Shown here in pieces: positions 1-7,752 of a stretch of 32,000 nucleotides of DNA. Every line of letters begins with the position of its first letter. The stretch's first letter is position 1. Under the pieces are notes generated by a model. That model made no database searches. It saw nothing but the letters and a program-made list of their open reading frames with translations, and was not told the DNA's origin. This stretch comes from Ferroglobus placidus DSM 10642 (GTDB lineage Archaea > Halobacteriota > Archaeoglobi > Archaeoglobales > Archaeoglobaceae), in the NCBI RefSeq assembly GCF_000025505.1, contig NC_013849.1, forward strand, positions 480,001 to 512,000, written 5' to 3'. The position numbers were made by a program, and so were the translations under genes.

Positions 1-101
1 AGCATGCAGAGTCCGAAGCAAAAATAGATAAGGACAGGCTCAGAAAACTCCTGAAAGTTGTTCAGAGACTGAAGAAGGTTGTTCTGGCGGAGATATTGTA
101 A
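1..101 (+). CDS. 3' end of a gene starting upstream of the window (hypothetical protein)
   Basis: Frame 3 is open from the window edge (..HAESEAKIDKDRLRKLLKVVQRLKKVVLAEIL) to TAA at 99-101. It is on the same strand as the next genes and is followed by the same T-rich/SD-like cassette. It is absent from the ORF track because it is truncated. Confidence 0.3.
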   Translation, partial: HAESEAKIDKDRLRKLLKVVQRLKKVVLAEIL

Positions 102-102
102 T

Positions 103-139
103 TTGGTTTTTGTAGTTTTTTGTTCTGCTCGGGAGTGAG
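103..139 (+). repeat. Intergenic cassette copy 1 (T-tracts plus SD-like GGGAGTGAG)
   Basis: ttggtttttgtagttttttgttctgctcgggagtgag. About 80 percent identical to 584-619, with GGTTTT(T)GTAGTTTTT shared exactly. Confidence 0.6.
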
Positions 140-144
140 TGAGC

Positions 145-594
145 ATGCGCTGTGCTGAGGTGATAAAAGAGGCTGAAGAAGGCAACACTGAAGTGGTGCT
201 GGAGCTGGAAGACATCTTCGAATCTTCGAATTTGTCTCATGAATTTGACAGAAAAGTCCAGGAGAACATCGAATACATTTTGAGGAGGAATTGCCTGTGG
301 AGGGAGGGGCTGAGGACTGCTGTCCTAATCTGCAAAATCGCTCCAGACCCTGATGACACATTTTTTGGATATTTTCAGGTCTTTGATGGTACCGAGCTCG
401 TTGCGAGAGGAGAGTTCGGCGGCACATTCGTCGTTCTGGACGAGAGAGCTTTTGAGAAACCGGATGTGGAGGGCATCGAGATCGTAGAGCTAACAATTTC
501 GCTGCCACCGGTGGATGCAAAAAAGCTCTTTCTCCTTGACATCTCTGATCTGGGTGCTGAAGAAAAAGCTAAGCTTCTCTCCTGGGTTTTGTAG
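145..594 (+). CDS. Hypothetical acidic protein (~150 aa)
   Basis: ORF-track 139..594 (GTG). The first ATG at 145 directly follows the purine tract GGGAGTGAGTGAGC. No family motif recognised. Antisense ORFs 40..240 and 62..520 are treated as shadows. Confidence 0.55.
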   Translation: MRCAEVIKEAEEGNTEVVLELEDIFESSNLSHEFDRKVQENIEYILRRNCLWREGLRTAVLICKIAPDPDDTFFGYFQVFDGTELVARGEFGGTFVVLDERAFEKPDVEGIEIVELTISLPPVDAKKLFLLDISDLGAEEKAKLLSWVL

Positions 595-619
595 TTTTTG
601 GTTTTTTCTCGGGGTGAGA
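584..619 (+). repeat. Intergenic cassette copy 2
   Basis: gggttttgtagtttttggttttttctcggggtgag. It overlaps the stop of 145..594 and supplies the SD-like GGGGTGAG for the next gene. Confidence 0.6.
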
Positions 620-621
620 TT

Positions 622-1383
622 ATGAGTGTGAGCGCGGGTATGAGCGAGAGTGTGAGTGTGGTGGAAAGGATGATGGATAAGCTTCAGCTGCTGAATGATC
701 TCTGGAAAAGGGTTAAAGTGCTGCCAGAAATCACAGAACTCGCCAATAAAGTAGTGATAGCTGAATTCGGTGTTGAGGAACACTCATCCCCCTTCAGTTA
801 CGCAGGATATAATATAAGGGCAATTCTGGATGATGTGAGGAAAGAGTTGTTCAGATTTGTTGCAGATCTGCTTGTTGAGGACACGAATGTCAGAGTGGAC
901 TTCGCTGACCTGTATGACCGCTTTAAAGACTTCGATGCGGTAGAGGTGGCCAGATACATTGAGGAGAAGTACCTTCGCCAGGCAGATGAGCTGGCATACA
1001 GAGAAATCGTAAGCAGGGCAAGAGCTCTTCTGCCGGCACATAATGTAAGCCTGGAGAAGATCCTGAAAGGGAGAAAACTTGTCCTGCAGTACTACCTTCA
1101 CTGGAGTTACGGAAAACCATACATACACGACTTTCTTGAGGCCGCATCAGCCCTCGAAAAGCTGGCAAAGATCGTTCTCTGGAGAGTTAAGCCATCCACA
1201 GCCAGGGGGCACGCAATTTACAACGCATACTGGAACGACACAACTGATGAGGAGGTTTTGCAGAAGAAGGAGCTTGGCGGCCCGATCGAGGCTGTGAAGG
1301 TACACAAGAACGGGAACATCTACTTCTGGTTTAAGAGCGAGGAGGATGCAAAAAAGGTTGCGGAGGTGCTCCTGAGTGAGTGA
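622..1383 (+). CDS. Hypothetical protein (253 aa)
   Basis: ORF-track 598..1383. ATG 622 lies 3 nt after GGGGTGAG. The stop overlaps the next ORF start (GTGAGTGA). No recognisable motif. Confidence 0.6.
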   Translation: MSVSAGMSESVSVVERMMDKLQLLNDLWKRVKVLPEITELANKVVIAEFGVEEHSSPFSYAGYNIRAILDDVRKELFRFVADLLVEDTNVRVDFADLYDRFKDFDAVEVARYIEEKYLRQADELAYREIVSRARALLPAHNVSLEKILKGRKLVLQYYLHWSYGKPYIHDFLEAASALEKLAKIVLWRVKPSTARGHAIYNAYWNDTTDEEVLQKKELGGPIEAVKVHKNGNIYFWFKSEEDAKKVAEVLLSE

Positions 1384-1567
1384 ACCTGAACCTGAATATG
1401 AATTTGAGGCCATGTGGCGAAGGGAGATGCAGGAGTGGTCAAAGATTATCGAGGAGCTGGATAAAAGGTCGTTCGAGCAGGTAATAACAATAAATTCCGG
1501 AATCATCAAAGAACTGGTCTCACACTCCACAAAAATTAAAAAGCGGTTGATAGAAGTAGTACTGTAG
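1376..1567 (+). CDS. Small hypothetical protein (63 aa; alternative ATG at 1412)
   Basis: GTG 1376 overlaps the preceding stop by 8 nt, which suggests operon coupling. The product is acidic and looks helical. The call is weak because the ORF is short. Confidence 0.35.
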   Translation: MSEPEPEYEFEAMWRREMQEWSKIIEELDKRSFEQVITINSGIIKELVSHSTKIKKRLIEVVL

Positions 1568-1594
1568 ATTTAACACAATTCGAGGTGTTTTTCC

Positions 1595-1948
1595 ATGACA
1601 GCTGTGCCATCTGGTGCCGCAGCTGCAGCCGCTGGGGGGGCGGCAGCAAGAGCAGCAGCAAGTGCGCAGAAGTTCACTTTTGGCTTTCTCATCTTTGAGC
1701 CTGAGGAATTTCTGAAGCTCGTGAAAACTGCAAGAGAAACAGATGGCAGGGCAGTCGTCATTCTTGTAAAAAAACGAAAGGGAGTGGTTAACAGAAAAGA
1801 TGAGTACATCTACGCCGCCAAATACGCTGATTTCACAATCCTGACCAGAAGCGAAACACCTCTAGCACTGCCGTCAAAAACCGAGCTGATTGTGAGCAGA
1901 GACATAGTACTGCCGGTAGCAGTCATGCACGCTTTGAAGATGCTTTGA
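1595..1948 (+). CDS. Hypothetical protein with Ala-rich N-terminus (117 aa)
   Basis: ATG 1595 has GAGGTG ending 9 nt upstream. The N-terminus AAAAAAGGAAARAAASA is followed by a globular-looking part. No family recognised. Confidence 0.5.
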   Translation: MTAVPSGAAAAAAGGAAARAAASAQKFTFGFLIFEPEEFLKLVKTARETDGRAVVILVKKRKGVVNRKDEYIYAAKYADFTILTRSETPLALPSKTELIVSRDIVLPVAVMHALKML

Positions 1949-1952
1949 GAGC

Positions 1953-2231
1953 ATGCGCCGCCCGGTCTGCGAGCTTTGCGGGATTCCCGGAGATCTGACA
2001 AGGCATCACATTGTTCCAAATCCTGTTAGGAGGAGGCTTAAAAGGAAAAAAGGAAAGAGCGCGGAAGAAGTGAACAGCACAGTTCTCCTCTGCAGGGACT
2101 GCCACAGACAGCTCCACGCATTATTCACCGAAAAAGAGCTTGCTTGCATGACTTGGGATGAAATCAAAAGCAAAGAAAGTGTCAGGAAATGGGTTGACTG
2201 GATAAGGAAGAAGAGAGGGCAGAAGAGATAG
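1953..2231 (+). CDS. HNH (His-Me finger) endonuclease
   Basis: 92 aa: CELCG..TRHHIVPN..LLCRDCHRQLH. Two CxxC knuckles bracket the HH...N...H core typical of HNH nucleases. The C-terminal tail is basic. Confidence 0.7.
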   Translation: MRRPVCELCGIPGDLTRHHIVPNPVRRRLKRKKGKSAEEVNSTVLLCRDCHRQLHALFTEKELACMTWDEIKSKESVRKWVDWIRKKRGQKR

Positions 2232-2256
2232 CAGAGGTAACTAGATCTCGCAACCT

Positions 2257-3033
2257 CTACCAGCTATATGAATCCACGAGATTTCCATCAGCATCGTAAA
2301 GGTATGCTGTATCTCCGTCATTATTCCAGACAGGAGTCCAGGAGCACCAGTACAGATCAGTAGCTGTATCGGTACCGCAGCCTGTGTGCACCGTCACACT
2401 TTGAGATGGTTGAAGTGTGAAGTCGGGGAATGTATACACATGGCCTGCTTCATCTCTGAGCGACCAGCCACCCAGGTTTACGGCGGCGCCACCTTTATTC
2501 GTGATCACCACGTATTCGTCATTAAGGTTGTGCCAGTCGTTGCCAGCAGCGTCGTAGTGAACATAAGCTATTTTGGCCATTGGTTTGCCGACGATGTATA
2601 TGCTTTCTTCAAGTATTGTGCCTGAGGACACCATCAAAGCTAACCTGTACACACCAGTAGGAATGCTGGATACGTGAATGATGATTTGCTCACCACTCTC
2701 GAAAAAACCGTCATTGTAAAATTCCTGTTTGGTAATGTTGGTCGAGTCTCTATCCGCATTGCCGCTGTACATAACGTCACCTTCAGGGCTGTAAATAACG
2801 ATGTTGAGCTTTCTGAAATCTACTGGATCTCCACCGACATGTCTAACCACAATATTATCGGAGTGGCTGTACACCTTCGCTACAAATGCAGGGACACGAT
2901 CTATATCAACAGGGATAAAAGCCGCTATTCCGACAGTAGCCAGAACGGCTACCACAATAAGAATTAAAGCTACAAGCATGTTGCTTAGAGCTCTGCCATC
3001 ATCGCGAAACCCCATGCTCATACTATTTTTCAT
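2257..3033 (-). CDS. Archaeal type IV prepilin-like protein with C-terminal lamin-tail domain (LTD)
   Basis: ORF-track 2257..3318, trimmed. ATGs at 3033/3021/3015 lie just downstream of AAAGTTATATAC (3049-3060), implying a leaderless mRNA.
The N-terminus FRDDGRALSNMLVALILIVVAVLATVG fits the archaeal class III signal (consensus RAVSPVIG plus a hydrophobic helix).
The C-terminus AKIAYVHYDAAGNDWHNLNDEYVVITNKGGAAVNLGGWSLRDEAGHVYTFPDFTLQPSQSVTVHTG...WNNDGDTAYLYDADGNLVDSYSW fits the LTD pattern. Confidence 0.7.
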   Translation of the reverse strand: MKNSMSMGFRDDGRALSNMLVALILIVVAVLATVGIAAFIPVDIDRVPAFVAKVYSHSDNIVVRHVGGDPVDFRKLNIVIYSPEGDVMYSGNADRDSTNITKQEFYNDGFFESGEQIIIHVSSIPTGVYRLALMVSSGTILEESIYIVGKPMAKIAYVHYDAAGNDWHNLNDEYVVITNKGGAAVNLGGWSLRDEAGHVYTFPDFTLQPSQSVTVHTGCGTDTATDLYWCSWTPVWNNDGDTAYLYDADGNLVDSYSW

Positions 3034-3048
3034 AATTTGGTATTTGGT

Positions 3049-3060
3049 GTATATAACTTT
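3049..3060 (-). promoter_or_regulatory. BRE/TATA box AAAGTTATATAC of the pilin-LTD gene
   Basis: The minus strand reads AAAGTTATATAC, 15 nt upstream of ATG 3033. The identical 12-mer occurs upstream of the pilus ATPase gene at 17351-17362. Confidence 0.55.
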
Positions 3061-3202
3061 GTAGGTCTGAACGGTGGATGTGTATACTTTACAGCGAGAT
3101 TCTTGAAACTCTGAAGGATCTGAGAAAAAACCTCGTTTTGAACAGGCAATGAAGAGGAGAGGGCAGGAGTGCATGTAGCACCCTTGGATTTGTTCGTGAT
3201 TC

Positions 3203-3241
3203 TGTTTTTTCCTTATCCTGTGTTTTTTCCTTCTTATCCTG
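3203..3241. repeat. Tandem 18/21-bp direct repeat in a divergent promoter region
   Basis: tgttttttccttatcctg (3203-3220) is followed immediately by tgttttttccttcttatcctg (3221-3241). The units are identical except for a 3-nt ttc insertion. Confidence 0.85.
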
Positions 3242-3269
3242 TGAAAAGCGGAAAGGAGGGTGGTTGAGT

Positions 3270-3797
3270 ATGAGTAAGCGTGGAGGTAGCAGCAGGAAAA
3301 GAAAAAGCAATAATGCACAGCTTGCAGAGAAGGCGTTTCTGTACGCTGAAAAAGCCCCGGTCATAGCGTATCCTGGATGGGAGAGTGCTCTCAACTGTCA
3401 CTTCATGGACCTGATAGCTCACTACAGGATTTGCGAGGCCAGGTGGTGCATAAACAATGAGATCGCAACCGAGTACGAGGCTTTCACATACCTGTACACA
3501 GCTTCCCTGGCCACACCTTTTGACAGGGAGTGGTACAGGATCTACTTCCACCTCTTCAAAAAGTTTTACGGGCACCTGCTGAGCAAAATGGATGACTGGG
3601 ATGAGTGGGATGGAGGAGAGCTGTCTGACTATGAGAAGCAGCTTTTAATAGACCTGAGGAAATGGATATTCAAAAAGCAGATGAGAGTGCTCTCTCAGAT
3701 GCAGAAACAGAGGCAGATGCGGAAGCAGAGGCAGGGCAAAAGTGAGGCAGAACAGGAGAAGGGAGAGGGAGTAGAAACGGGAGAGGTGAGAGAGTGA
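3270..3797 (+). CDS. Hypothetical protein (175 aa) with Q/K/R-rich tail
   Basis: ORF-track 3264..3797 (TTG). ATG 3270 follows GGAGGGTGG. The stop overlaps the GTG start of the RNase H gene. No family recognised. Confidence 0.55.
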   Translation: MSKRGGSSRKRKSNNAQLAEKAFLYAEKAPVIAYPGWESALNCHFMDLIAHYRICEARWCINNEIATEYEAFTYLYTASLATPFDREWYRIYFHLFKKFYGHLLSKMDDWDEWDGGELSDYEKQLLIDLRKWIFKKQMRVLSQMQKQRQMRKQRQGKSEAEQEKGEGVETGEVRE

Positions 3798-4426
3798 AAG
3801 GAGTCCTGTACTTCGACGGAGCCTGTCTTCCCGTGAACCCGGGAGGAATCGCAACCTATGGCTTTGTGATCATCACACCATCCGGCGAAATTGTGAAGGA
3901 GAAGGGGATTGCTGCAGAGAAGGGGACGAACAACATTGCGGAGTACACCGCTCTAATAAGGGGGTTGGAAAAGGCCCTGGAGCTGGGCATTGACGAGCTC
4001 ATCGTCAGGGGGGACTCGCAGCTCGCAATCTACCAGATGAACGGTGTGTACGCTGTTAAATCACCAAACATAATTCCTCTATGGCAGAGGGCAATGGAGC
4101 TGGCAGGAAAGTTCAGGAAAATACGCTTCGAGTGGGTTCCGAGGGAGCAGAACAGTGCTGCTGATGAACTCTCAACTCAGGCCTACATCGAGCATGCGGA
4201 GCGGAAAAGCAGGGAGAGGAGTGAGGAGATAGAGAACTGGGAGATAAAGCATGTCTCCGGGCCGGTGTACCGTGTCAGAAGGTATGATGTTAATGTGGAG
4301 GAGAAAACGTGCACCTGTCCGCACTACTACAATGTCAACAGGTTCAAGCTGCTCAAAAAAGCGGGGATAAAAATAAGATGTAAGCACATATTTGCTGCAG
4401 AGAGGTATAGACAGAACAGAACATAA
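3794..4426 (+). CDS. RNase HI-type ribonuclease H fused to a C-terminal SWIM zinc finger
   Basis: The RNase H DEDD motif order is present: YFDGAC..NPGG, NNIAEYTALIRGLE, IVRGDSQL, EQNSAADELS. The C-terminus CTCPHYYNVNRFKLLKKAGIKIRCKH fits the SWIM pattern CxCx(n)CxH. Confidence 0.85.
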   Translation: MKGVLYFDGACLPVNPGGIATYGFVIITPSGEIVKEKGIAAEKGTNNIAEYTALIRGLEKALELGIDELIVRGDSQLAIYQMNGVYAVKSPNIIPLWQRAMELAGKFRKIRFEWVPREQNSAADELSTQAYIEHAERKSRERSEEIENWEIKHVSGPVYRVRRYDVNVEEKTCTCPHYYNVNRFKLLKKAGIKIRCKHIFAAERYRQNRT

Positions 4427-4483
4427 TCTTCTTGTCCTGGCCGCTCTCTTTTTTGCTTTTGAAGAGTGAGGTAGGGTGGTATT

Positions 4484-4984
4484 ATGGAATTTTTGAAGAA
4501 GGTGAAGGGCAGGTATGAGGTAAAGGGTTTTCTGAAGGTAGAAGTAAGGAGAGGGAAAGGAAGAACAAAAACTAAAACCTACACCATCAGGAAGAGGTTT
4601 TACGATGAAAGAGAGTTCAGGAAGTTCCTTGAAACGGGCAAGGCAGACTACTGGAGGATTACTGCAACGCAGATGCGGTCAATCCTCAACCTCACATCCA
4701 CTGAAGACTGGCTGTACAGGTTCATCGACAAAGATCCGGGGCTTGGAGGGGATCGCTCAGATCCTGATTTCAGGCCGATGACCCGCTACGACCTTGAGAG
4801 GGTTTTGGACTTCATCAGTAAACCCATGGATGGCTGGGAGGGAATAAACTTTGTCAGAAACGGAGAGTACGTTTTCGACATCTGGTACATCAAGTGGTCT
4901 CACCTTCTCAAGCCACAGTTCCCTGTTAGGCTTGAGGTCCCCCTCAACCAGATAAAAGCCTGCTTGCTGGCCGAGACACTTTGA
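4484..4984 (+). CDS. Hypothetical protein (166 aa), basic N-terminus
   Basis: ATG 4484 follows GAGGTAGGGTGGT. A T-tract at about 4458-4473 lies after the previous gene. No family recognised. Confidence 0.55.
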   Translation: MEFLKKVKGRYEVKGFLKVEVRRGKGRTKTKTYTIRKRFYDEREFRKFLETGKADYWRITATQMRSILNLTSTEDWLYRFIDKDPGLGGDRSDPDFRPMTRYDLERVLDFISKPMDGWEGINFVRNGEYVFDIWYIKWSHLLKPQFPVRLEVPLNQIKACLLAETL

Positions 4985-5010
4985 TTTTCCTGTCTGTAGA
5001 GGTGTGATTT

Positions 5011-5337
5011 ATGAGTGTTGATGATGAACTGCCCAGCGTGATAAAGGAGAGTGGTGTGATCGAAGAGACTGTTCTGAACACGGTAGCAAAATTCCTCAGC
5101 GAGTCATCAAAAACCGGGTGTTCGACAGTTGAAATGATTGACACCGTCGTTGAGGAGCTGGTGAAAATGGGATTCGACAGGATAAGTGTTGAAAATGGGA
5201 TAATAGCCGGAATGATTATTCAGCTTGTAGTTGACGCCATGGACTTCGTGCTCCCGCACAAGAGGAGCAGAGTGGAGGAAAGAGTAAAAAAGATGGCTCG
5301 CAAACTCGGTGAAAGGCTTTTAGAGGTTGAAAAGTGA
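5011..5337 (+). CDS. Hypothetical protein (108 aa)
   Basis: ATG 5011 follows GAGGTGTGA. It is co-directional with its neighbours. No motif recognised. Confidence 0.5.
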   Translation: MSVDDELPSVIKESGVIEETVLNTVAKFLSESSKTGCSTVEMIDTVVEELVKMGFDRISVENGIIAGMIIQLVVDAMDFVLPHKRSRVEERVKKMARKLGERLLEVEK

Positions 5338-5448
5338 TTCTGCCAGAAACGCAATGGTGACTGATTCTCAAGCTTGCTGAAAGGCTTTGATTTGCTACGT
5401 TTTGACTGAGGTAGATTATTTATTGTATTATTTTGAAGTATTAATGAG

Positions 5449-6681
5449 GTGGTTTCGTTGGTAGAGGGTACAGCCATCTTCACCCGCAAATGCTGCCGCA
5501 CAATGACGACCAAATTTGGCAGAGTTACGGTTTACATGGCTCACGACGAGCACATGGGGAAGTGTCTGTTCGAGGATGGTTTTGTAACTCCGAACATGCC
5601 AAAACTGCATTATGCGATCGACTTCTCTGTCAGGGATGACACGCTAATCCTGAAAGACTCTCTTTCCCCCAAAGCCAGAGAGTTTCAGGGAGGGGAAGCT
5701 TATGTTTTCGAGAAGAGGGATGGCTTCAACCTCCTCTTCTACATGTACAGGGGAGAGGTGATACCGAAGACCCGCATGAAACCAATGGCGACGGGAAAGA
5801 CTGCACAGGTTGTCACTCTGCCAGGATTCCCCAGAGAGGAGGTGGAGGAACTCGTCAGAGATGGCTATATCCCAATCATGGAGGTCTGGGGGACGAAAAT
5901 TGAAGAGCTGGACATCATGCACGGCCCGGTGAACTACAGGGCTGTTCAGGAGAGAGAAGGGTTACCGGAACTCAATGCCGAGATTATAGCGATCATGCGG
6001 GCTGAAAGTGGAGAGAGAGCCAGCAACAACAGCGGCAACAATAACAGTGGTGGCAGCTTCTCAAAGGATACGCTCACCCTTGCCTCCTCAAACAGCATAT
6101 ACTGCTACGAATTCTTGCCCCCGGATGTGATGATGGAAACAGCAGAATCCTACGGGCTGAAAACAGCCCCACTCCACGATGTTGTAGAGCTGTCTCCTGA
6201 AAACGTGAAGGAGCTCATGAGCTGGGCTGAGAAAGTTAACGAGCGAGAGGTTATTCTGGAAGGATTTGTCGCCCACTGCTCCATCGGTACCGGGTATGGT
6301 ATGTTCAAGATAAAACCCTACAGCATAATGGCAAAAGACGTCATAACTTCGAAAACAATCCCCAGAGAGAGAATAGAGCTCGAAATCTCCAAAATCCTGC
6401 TGGAAACAGATGTGGAAGAGATTGCCAGAAATCCTGGGCTTTACATCGAGCAGCTCAACGATTACCTCGGGGAAGACTTCAAGCTGACAAAAGAGATGAG
6501 GAAAAAAGCCAGGAGAGTGTTTGCAGAGACAATTGCCAGAGAGCTCCTCCGGAAAAATCCAGACCTCACACCTGAGGCAGCTGGGAGGTGCGGGATACAC
6601 GGAATGTTTATCGGCTTTCTGCGGAAGCAGAGGGGGCTGGCTGGGGTGAGAGCAGAGACGGGAGATAAGGGGCTTTTTTGA
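5449..6681 (+). CDS. ATP-dependent RNA/DNA ligase-like nucleotidyltransferase
   Basis: Covalent nucleotidyltransferase motifs occur in the canonical order: I, YVFEKRDGFN (Lys codon 5713-5715); III-like, IPIMEVWG; IV, EGFVAH; V, GMFKIKPY.
A low-complexity insert ASNNSGNNNSGGS lies between motifs III and IV.
The start is uncertain (GTG 5449, TTG 5458 after GAGGTGG, or ATG 5503). Confidence 0.55.
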   Translation: MVSLVEGTAIFTRKCCRTMTTKFGRVTVYMAHDEHMGKCLFEDGFVTPNMPKLHYAIDFSVRDDTLILKDSLSPKAREFQGGEAYVFEKRDGFNLLFYMYRGEVIPKTRMKPMATGKTAQVVTLPGFPREEVEELVRDGYIPIMEVWGTKIEELDIMHGPVNYRAVQEREGLPELNAEIIAIMRAESGERASNNSGNNNSGGSFSKDTLTLASSNSIYCYEFLPPDVMMETAESYGLKTAPLHDVVELSPENVKELMSWAEKVNEREVILEGFVAHCSIGTGYGMFKIKPYSIMAKDVITSKTIPRERIELEISKILLETDVEEIARNPGLYIEQLNDYLGEDFKLTKEMRKKARRVFAETIARELLRKNPDLTPEAAGRCGIHGMFIGFLRKQRGLAGVRAETGDKGLF

Positions 6682-6720
6682 CCTTTTCCTGCCTTTAAGG
6701 GGGGATGGAGAGGTGGTTGA

Positions 6721-7701
6721 ATGAGGGTCCTGAAGAAAACGCAGTTCCCGAAAAGACTGAGAGGGAGAATAGAGAATGAGAAGCAGCTCAGAGAGCTTGT
6801 GTTCTGGACTGTTGAAGTAATACCCAAAGACATCAAGCGAAAGCTTGGCCTCCAGGTTCGGGAGTGGAGGGAGAGGCTTGCGGAGATGCTGTTCAGCAAG
6901 CACAGGGATATGGTGGGCAAGGACTGGGTTCAGGTTGTGAGCGTAATCGAGGACGAGATAATCAGCGGGAGATTCAAAGAGGAACTTGAAAAGAGAAAGT
7001 TACAGGAATATGAGGAGAACAAGCGCTTGCTCGAAAGTGTTGAAAGCCGGATCGGCCGCAGGATCAGCATCAATCCGAATATCCCGGGAAAGGTGTTTAT
7101 CACAGCTCTGACGGAACAGCTAACTCCTCTTGTAGATGTGAAAGTTGAAGCACCTCTCCTCTCCAGAGCACTCTCAAACGACCTTCTGGAAGAGCTGGCA
7201 AGATACTACGCTCAGCACCACATCTGGGTGTTGGTGAGAGAGTTCATCAAAGGCAACAGAGACAGTCTGAGCATAGAGGTTGTTCTGGAAAAACCCTTCA
7301 TGACCTACTGCCCCATCTGCAAAGATTTTGCTGAGGGATCCGAATACCTGTACGAGGAGGCGTTTCCTGACGACTACTTCGCGTACTGGATTGCAAACCT
7401 GGTTAAGCACTACAGACACGAGCACATCCGCTACTACGACCTGAGCTGGAGATACTGGAGCTACGGGGATAAAAATCCGGAGTATCAGAAGCTCGGGCAT
7501 GACGGGTTCAGAATCACGGTGAACAACAGAGCGAAGAGGCAGCTGATAAGGGCGATTCTGAAGGATGAGAACCTGTCGGCATACGGCAAGAGAGAGCTGA
7601 TCCTGGCAGTGCTGAGGTTGCAGCATAATGACGAGAAAACGGTGGAGCTCGTCAAAAAGGCTCTTCAGAAGATCGAGCAAGCTGATGAGGAAAAGTTCTG
7701 A
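6721..7701 (+). CDS. Hypothetical protein (326 aa) with CxxC...HxxxHxH zinc-finger-like motif
   Basis: ATG 6721 follows GGAGAGGTGGTTGA. It contains YCPICKDF...KHYRHEH. No family recognised. Antisense ORFs 6088..6903, 6462..6920 and 7174..7773 are treated as shadows. Confidence 0.6.
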   Translation: MRVLKKTQFPKRLRGRIENEKQLRELVFWTVEVIPKDIKRKLGLQVREWRERLAEMLFSKHRDMVGKDWVQVVSVIEDEIISGRFKEELEKRKLQEYEENKRLLESVESRIGRRISINPNIPGKVFITALTEQLTPLVDVKVEAPLLSRALSNDLLEELARYYAQHHIWVLVREFIKGNRDSLSIEVVLEKPFMTYCPICKDFAEGSEYLYEEAFPDDYFAYWIANLVKHYRHEHIRYYDLSWRYWSYGDKNPEYQKLGHDGFRITVNNRAKRQLIRAILKDENLSAYGKRELILAVLRLQHNDEKTVELVKKALQKIEQADEEKF

Positions 7702-7752
7702 CCGTGAGAAGGATTGCCGCTTTTTCCACTTTTCTGAAGAAGAAGAGGTGGT

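Noticed and set aside
3034-3318. 95-aa N-terminal extension of ORF 2257..3318
   Set aside because: The extension runs through the TATA box and intergenic DNA and has a Cys/Phe-rich, nonsense-like composition. The pilin-type signal begins right after ATG 3033/3021/3015.
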